This document shows, piece after piece, positions 51,021 to 63,945 of a stretch of 64,000 nt of DNA. The position numbers and the translations under genes were made by a program. Every line of letters begins with the position of its first letter. The stretch's first letter is position 1. The stretch spans positions 137,146,001 to 137,210,000 of the forward strand of contig NC_058368.1 in NCBI RefSeq assembly GCF_018350175.1, read 5' to 3'. The notes below the pieces were generated by a model. It was given only the letters and a program-made list of their open reading frames with translations. It was not told where the DNA came from and searched no databases. This DNA comes from Felis catus (Eukaryota).

Positions 51021-52094
51021 CCATGAGAGGGCAGAACTGGGTGGTAGTTAGGAGCTCTGGCTATTACCCATGGAGAGGCTAGGTGAGGGCCAGATGAGAG
51101 CCACTAAGTGCCCTGGACATTTAGCCATTCCTGTCTTCTTGTTTCTTGTGTGTGTGCCAAGCAGTATAGGACACTAGTCTTGAGCCCTGGGCTGTGCTCA
51201 GCTCGCAGCCCCAGAGCTGCTGGTGGCCGCCATTGTTTTGCAAGGCGACGAACCAAAAGCCACCCTGAGAGTTTCACAGTGCAGCACAGAACTTTCAATC
51301 CTACCATAATAGTTTTTCTTTAAGAATAAATGCCACAGCACGGTGCTATTTTGCGAAGCAGCTTTCCACACCCACCCCAGCCTATCCCTCAATTGTTGGT
51401 GTTTGCATCCTGCTCCAGAGAAAGGCTGAAAACACATTATCTACCTACACACAACGGTGGCAGGGGGGAGGCCTTGTCGGGCCCGGCCCTGTCACGGAGC
51501 TGCACGCTTGGGTTATTATCACTGCATAAATGAAAGGCATTATTAGTACAGACATATTCCAGAAGCAGCTTGTTTAAAAATCATTCAAGGGGGTGGATAC
51601 CTGAGAGTCCGTGCTGCCTTTGTACCCACAGAGCTCTCCTGGCAGCAGCAAGTTCTGGGAGCTCCGACCTCCCCCTGGAGAGTCACAGGCCTTGCAGGCC
51701 TGCAAGGCACAGAAAAGCTTTCAGAGAGAATTCCTACTCCTTTACCAGCCTGTATTGACTGCAAGTATAACTGAGGCTTCGGGTCAGTGGAATGGTCTCA
51801 AAGAGGGGCCGCTTCGTCCAACCATCAAGAGGGGACTGGGCTGGGGTGAGAAGTGGGTTCTTTAGAAAACAGAATGAACTCCACTGTTTCTCCCACAACA
51901 AAAAAGGGGGAAGTGAGCCCCAAAGCAGAGGGGAGCGTTACCTCTCCACAAACAAATAAACCACCTTCAAAGGTACTAAGGCCACGAAGGACCCTAAGCT
52001 AGTCTGTACCAGAGCTAGAGAATCTGGTGGAAAAGCAGTAGTAACCGCCCTGACCCAGCTGAGAACACTGGGGCTCATGTGTAATGTCGATGGT

Positions 52095-52305
52095 GATTAA
52101 AAACAATCATCATCATGTGTTGCCACATGCCAGGCACTAATCTAACTGCTTGACATATGGATTTAATATTTGTGACAACCCTATGAGGTAAGTTTTATTA
52201 TCATCTCTATTTTACAGATGTGGAAAGTAAGGCACAGAGAAGTTAACTACTTATTCCAGATCACACAGCTGGAAAATGGCAGAGCTGGGATTTGAACATG
52301 GGAGG
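52095..52305 (-). mobile_element. MIR
   Basis: acaaccctatgaggta...tattttacagatgtggaaagtaaggcacagagaagttaa...gcagagctgggatttgaac. Confidence 0.9.
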
Positions 52306-53314
52306 TCCAGGGAAAACTGTGGGAGCATGCCTGTAGGGTATTTTTAGGGGTGTTATAAAGCTGTGAAGTGTTGTGGGGTTCTGGGGTTCTAGCCTATTGC
52401 AGAATGTGAGTGTTGGTTTTCCTTTCTTGTAGCAAAGCTGCCTTCTGGGCCCTGTACACAGGGAGCCAGAGGCCCAAAGCGCTGCTCAATGGAGACAATT
52501 CCCAGGTTCTAACCGGGAGCTGGAGCAAGAAAGTGTGTCATCTCTGACGTAAAAGTGTCGGACACCAGATTACCTGTAAATACACTGTGTTGCCCTCCTT
52601 CGTGACCTGAATGAAACTACTCTCTTTTATCTCTTCAAACCAAAGGTTTTCTTCACGTCTGCAAAGGAGATGAAAGAACAGGTGTCACCTGCCCAGGCTG
52701 AATTTGAAGGGTTCGAACTGCAGGCCTCAAAAGTATCACGCTTCTGTTTATTTCTCCTGAGACCTTGTGCCTTCTCCTCACTGGCCACTTCCCGAATCAG
52801 TCCCAAGAAAAATGTACCCCAGAATTGCCTGGGCACTTCATTAGAGACCAGCTAGTTGTTTCCTGGGGGGGGGGGGTCAACCTGATTTACATCCACTACT
52901 GAGCAAGATCCATTCCTCTGAAGAAAGAACCCCAGGATCAGAAGCAATGTTCATGATATACTTCTAAATTTAAAAACCAGATTACAAAATAATACGTAAG
53001 TTATGATAGTATTTGGGGAGAAAAAATAACAATAACAGTTCATGTTTTTTGAGTGCTTATTATGTGCCAGACATGTTGCTACCTCGTCCATTAATCTTCA
53101 GAGAGACACAATGAGGCAGCTATGGCATGAATTAGGAATGGCCCGGGGTGGGTATAGCATGAGGTGGATATGAAAACTCTTGAGACTGAAAAGATTAAAT
53201 AAATCACTCAAGGCATGAGTGATAGGGTCAGGAATTAAGCCCAGGCTGACTGACAACATGCCCTATTCACATCACCGTTTGACCCTTCAGCCTCCATAGT
53301 CACCATCTTTCCAA

Positions 53315-53900
53315 GAATGTTTGTATAATAAAAAGCCTTCGATTATAGAACTAGTTTCCCCCTCCGGAGCAAAGGGCAGGCTTGCTTACTGGCCATTGTA
53401 AAATATCTGCATTCCTTAAGCTCAGGATTCTTCTATGTAATGCAACCCACTGCCTCTGCAGGTTTCACCTTGTCCTAGTGTTTTTACACTATGAAAAGTA
53501 GGGCTCAGGGAAAATGCTCATTATTGTTGGCACTTTAGCTACTGCTATTGCTGTGAATAATAAGCTATTCTTTGTCTCTAACCCAAGAGTCTCATATCTT
53601 CTATGAAACTGGCAGTCTAACTCAGAAGAGTAACATTTTGGTTTTTTTATTTTTTTAACATTTATTCATTTTAGAGAGACGGAGAGACAGAGCATGAGTG
53701 GGAGAGGGGCAGAGAGAGAGAAGGAGAAACAGAGTCTGAAGCAGGGTCCAGGCTCTGAGTTGTGAGCACAGAGCCGGACGCAGGGCTCAAACTCATGGAC
53801 CATGAGATCATGACCTAAGCCAAAATCAGATGCCTAACCTACTGAACTACCCGGGTGCCCCCAGGAGAGTAACATTTTAGACACTTCATAGTTTGTGATG
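53315..53900 (+). mobile_element. ERV1-class LTR (MER90/MER34-like) interrupted by a SINE
   Basis: agcaaagggcaggcttgcttact...ttccttaagctcagg...gctactgctattgctgtgaataataa...ctttgtctctaacccaagagtctc. Confidence 0.7.
53640..53862 (-). mobile_element. CAN-SINE
   Basis: TSD gagtaacatttt. Confidence 0.97.
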
Positions 53901-54241
53901 ATTAGTCAGTGGTTCTAACATGGTATAGTTTACTTTTCTCAATCTGAGAGGGCCCTGTCCATTTTATTCATTCAGCTGAGATCTCTTATCCTGTCATTAT
54001 TTTCTTTCTTGTAGATAATTTTGTTTAATAGTGAAAAAAAAAGAGGGTATACAAGTGACCATGCCCCATCTGCTGAAAGTAAATTAGGAGATAATCCCAC
54101 TGACCATTAAAAGGCAAGAATCGCGGCAGCTCAAGTCTCCTTCATGAATGTGGTTAGGAAATCAAAGGTACAGATCAACAGGAAATAAGGGACTGGTTGA
54201 AATTCTCTGATGTAAAAAGAGAATTAAAACACCACTGTTCT

Positions 54242-54440
54242 GGGGCGACTGGGTAGCTCAGTCAGTTAAGTGTCTGACTCAGGTCATAATCTCATGGCTC
54301 ATGGGTTCGAGCCCACATTGGGCTCAGAGCTGACAGTGGGGAGCCTGCTTGAGATTATCTCTCTCCCTCTCTTTTCCCCTTCCTTGCTCGTGTTCTCTCT
54401 CTCTCTCTCTCAAAATAAATAAACTTAAAAAAAAAAAAAA
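54242..54440 (+). mobile_element. CAN-SINE with small internal deletions
   Basis: ggggcgactgggtagctcag head; degenerate TSD aaaacaccMctgt. Confidence 0.95.
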
Positions 54441-55435
54441 CACCCCTGTGCTTAGGGCAGATTGGTCAAAAGTTGCAAAAAGAATTGAAGAAAGTAAACA
54501 ATAGCCTATGTTTGCCTCTGAGAATGCATCCTCACTGCAGATGTACCAGGAAGACCAACAATCACTGATTTCACATACAGATTCTGTCCTCAGGAGTGCA
54601 TTTTCTAAATAGGATATGCCTTTGTTCCATCCTACGGCACAGATAGATACTATAGACTTTGTAAAATGGAGTCTGTTTTTGATTCCAGCCCTGCAGTAGG
54701 ACAAAAGAGCATGTATAAATGTGGCCATATTGAGATTTTTGTCCTAAAATATTGCTGGAGAAAAAAGGTAATTATAAGGTTTACTCAAAAACATTTCACA
54801 CAGTTATTCCCTTTAATTTTTTCCAGCTATGGGAAGTCATGACCATGTTACAAATAATAAGCTCTGAAAATAGAGCATTCAAGGAAAGAATTTAGTAATC
54901 AAAATGCATGATAAAATTATTCTGACTCAAATTTTCCAGTACAAACAATCATTGTGCTACCTGGTAACTCGGCATAAGCAAATCAAAATCATGTAAATGA
55001 ATGTAATTAGTATTACTTTGATACAAAAGCCAAGAGTTTGTAATTCTTTTCTTTTCTCTCATTTTTAGGACCCTTTACTCTAACCTCATACATGGGCACT
55101 GAAGAACACTGAAGGGCTTCCATATTACAGTATCAAGATTTATTGGCTGTGAAAAGGGGGCCCAAATTAAGTTCCTTCTCTTAACTGCTTCACTTTGGAA
55201 TGGAGAACTGATAATGAACTTCTTTAGGAACTGGGATGCCCTCAAGCAGTAAGAGTGTTACAAGGAGCTCAGTCCCGGGGCTGAGTGGCAGAGAGACTCC
55301 CACACATTTAGCCCAAGTTTGCAAAATCATAGAGCAGAAGTCAAAATTGGGAATGAAGAGCGTGCATGACGACAGTTGCCCATGATGTTCCTAGATGAAC
55401 TCTCAGCAGAGGCTGATCTTTGAAAGATAAAAGTC

Positions 55436-55896
55436 ATTTTCAACGATAGCCAAATTATGGAAAGAGCCTAAATGTCCATCAACTGATGAATGGATGAAGA
55501 AATTGTGGTTTATATACACAATGGAATACTACTTGGCAATGAGAAAGAATGAAATATGGCCTTTTGTAGCAACGTGAATGGAACTGGAGAGTGTTATGCT
55601 AAGTGAAGTAAGTCATACGGAGAAAGACAGATACCATATGTTTTCACTCTTATGTGGATCCTGAGAAACTTAACAGAAGACCATGGGGGAGGGGAAGGGA
55701 AAAATAAAGTTAGAAAGGGAGAGAGCCAAACCATAAGAGACTCTTAAAAACTGAGAATAAACTGAGGGTTAATGGGAGGGTGGGAGGGAAGGGAGGGTGG
55801 GTGATGGGCATTGAGGAGGGCACCTGTTGGGATGAGCACTGGGTGTTATATGGAAGCCAATTTGACAATAAATTTCATATTAAAAAAAGAAAGAAA
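55436..55896 (+). mobile_element. Felid L1 3' end (~460 bp)
   Basis: ORF2 C-terminus plus G-rich 3'UTR and gccaatttgacaataaa; degenerate TSD gaaagatNNaagtc. Confidence 0.97.
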
Positions 55897-57147
55897 GAAA
55901 GATCTAAGTCCAGAGTAGAAGAGGCAGGATAATATTAGTCTCCAGCTTGATCAACCTAAGTGGTTTCCCATTTACCATCCATAGTGCAATTTAATATTAC
56001 CTACCTACCAATCTCTCTCCCTCTTTCTTTCTCTCTCTCTCTCTTTCTCTTCTCCTCTCCTCCCTATTACATACTTATAATTTCATCCTTATTGAAACAC
56101 ATTGATCCTGAATCACCCTGGCCCCAGTCCCATACGCATCCATCTTTGTGACTGTCCACACCCACGTCAAGTTGGTAAACACTTCTCAAGAGAAGTGAGC
56201 TCTCAGTTCCCTGAGAACTCAGAAGCGCTGCTTCACTAGATTGGAAAATAAATGTATTCACACAATGACTTTCTGAGGACTTACTGTCAAATCCCCATTC
56301 CTCCCATTTAAGGAGTTTCCTCTTGGTCTTCTCATTGTTTTATAACAGTTTTGTTGAGATATAATTCACACTCCCATTAAAGGTATAATTCAGTAGGTTT
56401 TAGTATATTCAGAGTCTTGCATCACCTCAGAGGTGATGCCACTCCCATTTCTCCCCCAGCCATCCCCCCTTCTAGTCCCACTGCAGCCCTTGGCAATCAC
56501 TCATCTACTTTCTGTTTTTATGCACTTGCCTGTTCTGGACATTTGCACGAATGGATCATACAATATGTGATCTTCTGTGACTGGCTCCTTTCACTCAGCA
56601 TATTGTTTTCAGAGTCCAGCTGTGCTGTGCTGTTGCACGCATGAGTACTTCATTCCTTTTTATCGAGGAATATTATTCCATTGTATGGATATACCACATT
56701 TTATTTACCTCCTCATCAGTTGATGAGCATTTGGGTTGTTTCCACTTTTGGGCTCTTATGAACAATGCTGCTGTGAGTATTCTTGTACAAGTTTTTGTGT
56801 AGATGTACGTTTTCATTTATCTTGGGAATATCTAGGAGTAGAATTGCTGTGTCATATGCTAAGATTGTGTTTAACCTTTTGAGGAACTGCTAGAGTGTTC
56901 TTCCAAGCAACTGCATTGTTTCCTAGTCCCACTAGCAATGTCTGAGGGTTCTAATTTCTCCACATTCCCACCAACACTTGTTACTATTTGGTTTTGATTG
57001 TAGCTATCTTAATGGATGTGAAGTGGTATTGCATTGTGATTTTGATCTACATTTTCCTGATGGCTCTTAATGTTGAACCTCTTTGCATCTACTCATCCAT
57101 CTTTTTTATATCTTCTTTGTGGACATCTATTAAGATATTTTGCCCAT

Positions 57148-57351
57148 TTGTTTGAGAGAGAGAGAGAGAGAGAGCACACATATGTGCGACTAGGGGAGGG
57201 GTAGAGAGAGAGGGAGAGAGAGACAGAATCCCAAGGAGGCTCTGGACTCAGTGCAGAGCCCCATGTGGGGTTCCATCTCACAACCTTGAGGTCATAACCT
57301 GTGCTGAAATCACGAGTCAGATGCTTAACCAACTGAACCACCCAGGTGCCT
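57148..57351 (-). mobile_element. CAN-SINE
   Basis: TSD tattttgcccattt. Confidence 0.96.
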
Positions 57352-57559
57352 CTATTTTGCCCATTTTTAATCAGGTTATTTATCTTTTATTATTGAGTCA
57401 TAGAAGTTCTTTCTATGTTCTAGAACTGTATCCCTTATCACATATATGACTTGCAAATATTTCTCCCTTTCTATGGGTTGTCTTTTCACTTTCTTGATGA
57501 TATGTCATTTGAATCTGAAGCAAAAAAACAAACAAATGAACAAAAAAAAACTTAAAAGA

Positions 57560-57772
57560 TTTTTCGAGTTTATTTATTTTGAGAGAGAGAGAGAGAGAGA
57601 ACGAGCACAAATAGGGGAGAGGCAGAGAGAGGGAAGAGAGAGAATCCCAAGCAGGTTCTGCAATGTCTCTGCAGAGACCAACATGGGGCTTGAACTCACA
57701 CACCGTGAGATTATAACTTGAGCCAAAACCAAGAGTTGGACACTTGACCCACTGAGCCACCCAGGCATTGCC
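57560..57772 (-). mobile_element. CAN-SINE
   Basis: Antisense body ending gagccacccaggca. Confidence 0.95.
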
Positions 57773-58508
57773 CCCCAAAAATCTTTTAATTTTGATGAAG
57801 CCCATATTATCTATTTTCCTTGTTATTGCTTGTACTCATAGTATCATGTCTTAAAAAAAATGCATAATCCAAGACCATGAAGATTTACAACTCTTTTCTT
57901 CTAACCTGTTTTATAGTTTTAGCTCATACTTATAGGTCTTTAATTTATTTTGAGTTAATTTTTGTATATTTTATAAATTTTGTATGGAAGTAAATGCTCT
58001 ACCTGGATTTTCAGGTAACCACAATTACCTTATGAAACTGAAACCTCTTTAATTTGGAAGGAGAAGTTATATGGTGGAATATAAGAGCCCTGTTACTGTA
58101 GCACTTTCTCTTACAAATGATTAAACACAGTGTCGGTGGGCCACGCCCAGCAACAACTATTTTCCTTCTGAGCTCTGGCTTGGCCATCAGCAGCCTCCAT
58201 GCAAACAAAGTCGGCATTCAGAAAGGTAGAGTCAAGCCATAGGAAACAGCAGTACAACAAGCTGAAAATAGCACTCTTGATCTCAAAAATACAAAAAGAT
58301 CTATTCTTCCACATATCATTTTCAAGTTAGATGATGAGAATATTCCATCGGACAAGAAGTTGTTACCAGGACGCATCTCCTGGGGACCTTTGCTTACGCT
58401 GAGTAAGCATTTGGAACCGTCTTCAGTTATCTCCATTACTAATGCCTTACTTTTCAACTTTATTCAGGATCTTTATTTACCTGGGGTGTTTATTAAAAAT
58501 ATATCTTT

Positions 58509-58736
58509 GAGGTGCCTGGGTGGTCAGTTGGTTAAGCGCCCAACTTTGGCTCAGGTCATGATCTCACGGTTTGTGAAATCAAGCTCCACGTTGGTCTCTG
58601 TGCTGACAATTCAGAGCCTGGAGCCTGCTTCAGATTCTGTGTCTCCCTCTCTCTGCCCTCCCCTGGTCACACTCTGTCTCTTTCAATCTCTTTCTTTCTC
58701 AAAAATAAATAAGCATTACTTTTTTTTTTTTTTTTT
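58509..58736 (+). mobile_element. CAN-SINE (first of tandem pair)
   Basis: gaggtgcctgggtggtcag head and tail. Confidence 0.95.
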
Positions 58737-58748
58737 AATCTATCTTCT

Positions 58749-58960
58749 GGAATGCCTGAATGGCTCAGTCAGTTAAGCATCTGACTTCGGTTCATGTCAT
58801 GATCTCATGGTTGGTGAGTTGGAGCCCCGCATTGGGCTCTGTGCTGACAGCTCAGAGCCTGCAACCTGCTTCAGTTTCTGTGTCTCCCTCTCTGTCTGCC
58901 CCTCCCCTCTCGCACTCTGTCCATCTCTCTTTCAAAAATAAACAAACATTTAAAAAAAAA
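58749..58960 (+). mobile_element. CAN-SINE (second of tandem pair)
   Basis: TSD aatctatcttc at 58737 and 58961. Confidence 0.95.
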
Positions 58961-60881
58961 AATCTATCTTCCTTGGTCCCACCCCAGAATGGAAACTGTA
59001 TGTCTAATGAGTAGCCCATGTGACTCTGACGTGGGCCATTCCTACACCTATTTTGGCAACAGCTGTGCTGAAGATTACCTAAGGACTCTGAATTATATTT
59101 AATTTGACCCCTTAGTGTGGCTTTCTTGTGGCCCACGTGCTACCCAAGCCTGTGGAGGGGGGGTAAGGTTTCTAGGGATTGAGAAAGGGAAGAGTAGAGT
59201 ATCAGTATAAGTGAAATGGGGAAAAAGTTCAGCAGAGATCATCTGGAAGTCTTTTGAAGATACTCAGGACAGAAGGTAGAGAAAACTTGCCACATCTGAA
59301 TATCACCTATATTATTATTATTTAATATTTTTCTTTGTATCAACGCATGTAATATTGCACACTCCTTTAGACTTGTCCTGAGAAATAGTATCCAGGTTAG
59401 GTATTTTTTTTTTGCAAATACACATTACAAAAAATATATAATTGTTGACATTTTTTAAACTGCCTGTGTGCTCCTAAAGTCTTTACAGAACTGCCAGAGA
59501 TCACAGCATCATCCTTAGGAAAACAGCCTTTTACTCTGTGAGCTTCTAGAGAGCAGAGATCACGTTCATTCCCTTGGCAATTCCTTGTGATGCCCACTCT
59601 TCCTCCAGGAGAAAGAAAGTTTTCAACGAAACCTCTGTATTCCAAAGTCAAGATTAACCTCTTGTCCACCTTCTAAACCAGGGCATAGTTCATTGGCAGG
59701 TGAGGGTTCTGAACAGTGTGATCTCCATGTCATGTACATATATGATTGTCAATATAAAATGAAAATACACTGCAAATTAAAAGTTAATGCAACCTCTCCA
59801 GAAGGTATCAGAATTACTATTATTTCTTTACTATTATTACTCTTTATTTCTTTACTTTAAAAGTTCAACCTTTTAGGAAGGGCTTTAGAGTTAACAAAAC
59901 ATATATAATATTCCCAAGTGTATAAATTCAAAATGCTTACTTTTCTTGAAATGGGAAAAAAAGCGCAAATGTAACTTTTTATAGGTTTAAGTTCTGTTAA
60001 ACACATGCAAAGGAATATGTTCAGATGAATTTCAAATATGTGTTTATCAATGGCTATGTCTCCTTCGCCAACATTCCTTAATAAAGAGGTTTTAAGGCAG
60101 CTGCCTGCATATGCAAGAGTAAATTCATATCCTGATCTTCCAGGAACATAATGCAATCATAGTTTGCAAATGCAAATTTAGGGGAGACACTAGATGCAGT
60201 AAATAGAGATTTACGAGGTTGTCTCATTAATATTTCTTGGTAGCAGGTATTACACAAAAGGAGTGAAATGAAATCTTCTATAGCATTTGAGCACCCTACT
60301 CATAATGAGATATGTAAATGTTGCAAATCAGGAAGAATATAATAATGTTTTACATACCAATAGGGTAAGTTCAGTCCCGTTTATTATACATTTGGTTATG
60401 TTTCTTCATGAGTGCTGCATTCGTGCCAATCACCATTTTTCAGGACTTAAAATGGGAGCATACTTTGATGTTTCCTTTCCTGGCTTAATGTTTTCACAGG
60501 GCCAGTTGAGTAAACACCTGCAGGAAAGACGCATATGCTTTAGGCAGAGCAGGAATCGTGTATTTTTATCAAAGCTCTAGACCCCTTTTGTTTGCGTAGC
60601 CAAAAGAAAACAAGTATCTCTATGTACTAAAGACACACTGGGGTGTAAAACCCAGAAGAGTTGGCTTTCTTTTCTTTTAAAGGATCTTATGTTTTGCAAT
60701 ATGTATGTGTGTATGATGAGCCTGGTTTCAAAAAGCAAAACACCCCACCAGGACCAAACTAGACCATTTGCTTAGAGAATAACACAAATGCACATAAAAT
60801 TCAACTTTCTATACTTTTCTTGGTAGAACAATCATTATGATCCCAAGGACATTGGTGATTTCTTTAAAATACGCTTACCCT

Positions 60882-61346
60882 AGGCTTTCAACAATAGCCA
60901 AATCATGGAAAAAGCCTAACTGTCCATCGTCTGATGAATGGTTAAAGAAGATGTGGTTTATATATACAACGGAATGCTACCTGGCTATGAGAAAGAATGA
61001 AATCCTGCCATTTACAGCAATGTGGATGGAACTGGAAGGGATTATGCTGAGTGAAGTAAGTCAGTCAGAGAAGGACAGATATCATATGTTTCAGTCATAT
61101 GTGGATCTTGAGAAACTTAACAGAGGACCATGGGGGAAGGAAGGGGGGAAAAATAGAGACAAACAGAGAAGGAGGGAGGCAAACCACAAGAGGCTCTTAA
61201 ATGCTGAGAACAAACTGAAAGTGGATGGGGGCGTGGGGGAGAGGGAAAATGGGTGATGGGCACGGAGGAGGGCCCTTGTTGGGATGAGTACTGGGTGTTG
61301 TATATAAGCCAATTTGACAATAAATTATATTAAAAATAAAATAAAG
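60882..61346 (+). mobile_element. Felid/carnivore L1 3' end (~465 bp)
   Basis: ORF2 C-terminal peptide LSTIAKSWKKPNCPSSDEWLKKMWFIYT...; 17-bp TSD taaaataYgcttaccct at 60865-60881 and 61347-61363. Confidence 0.98.
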
Positions 61347-62644
61347 TAAAATATGCTTACCCTGGATACTTCAGGGCATGTGTGCCCGAACAAAATGTTC
61401 ATCTCTAGGGCTTTACTTGTCATTTCTCTCATATCTTTCAGGACAAGTCCTAACTGGTATAAAGATTTCATCAGATCCTAAAAATTAGCTAACTCAACTT
61501 GGATGGACAATTCAGAAGGATCAAAATTGAAAGTAAGATCCTTATTTGTATAATTACTTATGTGGTGGAATAACTTGACTGAGAAATTATGCTGGGCCAT
61601 CATTGCTTAGGAATAGGCTTGAGAAGAAAGTGAATGGAGTTAGGCCCTCCCTTCTAAAGACAGTAAGGACTTCCCTCTCTCCAGGGCACAGTACAGATCC
61701 TTTGGATTTAGTGTACCATGCATTAAATTCTACATCTCAAAAGATGTAGCACTAGATCACCTGAGGCAGGGAGGGATGAAAGGAGCAGGTGAGGAAGGGT
61801 AGAGAGGTAGTCAGTCTGGGAGGGTTAGGCATGGATGCCTCTTCCACACAGCCTTTCCAAGATGGTGAGATCTCCAATGAAAAGCCTGTATGGAGCCACA
61901 TACTGAACACCATACATCCTGGTCTTGTGGTCCTCAATTAAGACACTACAGGCCAAGCTTGAGCCAGCTGGGCCAGACCATGGCTGTCAGGGAATTTTTA
62001 GTGACTATTGGAGACTTCCAATGTGAAAGCCTCTGCAAAGTGGGAAAGGTAGGTCCACTGGCTTGGGATATCAACCTTGAATTCTTTTATCTTACTCATA
62101 CCGGCACTATGGCTCTTGTCATATCATTCCTAACCAATAAGATATCTTAAATACAACTAATATTGCTCATTGAAAATTATTTCTGATATTTCTTTGGATA
62201 CCATACCAATTTCAAGATGTTGACTCAGATTAACTTACTCACACCTCCTCAAACTTAAATATTTCCAAGTAAAGTAGCATAAATCCAACAGAACATTGTG
62301 GCTTCAAGAGAGTGGGTGCCAAGAGCAGCAGCATCTCCTACCTTTAACTTGACACCACAGGTTTGGACAGCGATCATCAATGGACTGAGGACCAGAGGCC
62401 TTTCCCCAGGTTTCCTTGATTTCTCAAATCCCCCAATTTCATTATCCTCTGGATTTTGCAAGCCCCAGGGAAGGGAGACAGACTACTCAGAAATTACATT
62501 TATATTCCTTGACCCAAAAGATTATGAGTCCAAGCTAAAATTAATTTGATTTTTTTTAAAGTGATGTGGCATTTCTCATGCTCAACTGTTAGGACCAAAC
62601 TTCAATCTATTTGTCATTTCTCTCATATCTTTCCTACATTGGTT

Positions 62645-62765
62645 TAATATCTATCTCCCTCACTAGATTGTAAAGTTCTTAAGGGCTAGGACCAAATCGG
62701 TCTTGTTCACCACTGTATTCCACACCACATTATATACACTCAGATATTTATGGAAAGAAGGGAAC
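62645..62765 (+). mobile_element. L2 3' end
   Basis: tctccctcactagattgtaaagttcttaagggctaggacc...gtcttgttcaccactgtattcc. Confidence 0.8.
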
Positions 62766-63619
62766 AGAGGAGGACATAGGTGAAGGGAAAGGGGCAAAAG
62801 AGAGCGGGTGGAAGGAATAGTGTTAGAATAGAAATGCTATAACTAAGCCCTCCCCGCATGTGTGCCTCGCTGTCCACTCTGAGGATTTCAACTCCAGGGC
62901 TCAATGCAGTCTTTCTTCAATATGTCATAAGCCCAGTGACATCTCCAAGACTAGACAAGGCACCAGAATGGAGTGACTACACAATAGTCCTGTCTTCTCA
63001 AGCTAAAATAAATTTCTATGTTTAAAAATACTCAGAAGGACAAATAGTGTGCTGAACCATAAATCAAGAGCTGACAGGCACAGGTGCCAGGCTCATGAAG
63101 GAATCCACGCTCTGTATCAAATGTCCAGACTAGAAAGAGGTTGCAAGATCTCCTAGAGCAACTCTGTCCCTTACAGATGAGAAAAACTGAGGTGCAGGGA
63201 GGCTGACAAGACTCTATAGGCACAGCCAGGATGACAACTGATGATTTTTAATGTATAATCTCATTTCTTTGAACTACTCCATGCTCTGCTCACCATATGA
63301 AGTCCTTGGGATGGGTTTCTTCAGAAGAATGGGAGAAAAGAAAAGTTTAGGAGATAGAAGACTTCGACATCTAAGGTAGCACATACAATGGAATATAAAA
63401 GCTGACTGAGTGTGGCAGAGTGGAGGTCCTGAAATCCCTGCTTCATAACATCTAATGCTCAATAAAATATAGCTTAATTATAGATAGATGATGGAGAGAT
63501 AGATACTTTTAACTGAGTGTCCGAGGCCGCCAAAAGCTAAGAGCATAGTCTGCTGAGGTCTGGAACAAGAGTCTAGGAAGGTAAGTGAGCTTGGAAGCCA
63601 CTGGTCTGTAGTCTGTGGG

Positions 63620-63735
63620 GCGTTTATGGTGGGGGAGCCTCTGGGTGAGTGGTGAGAGGGGTAGATGGAAACTTGGCATACTTCCCACTCAATTTTGCTG
63701 TGAACCTAAAATTTCTCTAAAAGAATCAAGTCCAC
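63620..63735 (+). mobile_element. Old L1 (L1MC/MB-like) 3' tip
   Basis: atggaaact...tacttcccactcaattttgctgtgaacctaaaatttctctaaaa. Confidence 0.75.
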
Positions 63736-63744
63736 TAATTTTAA

Positions 63745-63945
63745 AAAAATGTTTATTTATTTACTTATTTTTGAGAGATAGAGAGAGAGCATGGAAAGGG
63801 CCAGAGGGAGAGGGAAAGAGAGAATCCCGAGCAGGCTCTGCACCATCGGCGTGGAGCCCGATGTGGGGCTTGAACTCACAAACCGTGAGATCATGACCTG
63901 AACCAAAGTCAGACACTTAACCAACTGAGCCACCCAGGCACCCCC
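63745..63945 (-). mobile_element. CAN-SINE
   Basis: TSD cactaatttt. Confidence 0.96.

Larger units (their letters stand above)
56335..57990 (-). mobile_element. L1MB-like 3' fragment with two nested SINEs
   Basis: ttgttgagatataattcaca...ttccattgtatggatataccacatt...ttgcaaatatttctccc...aatttattttgagttaatttttgtat. Confidence 0.92.
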
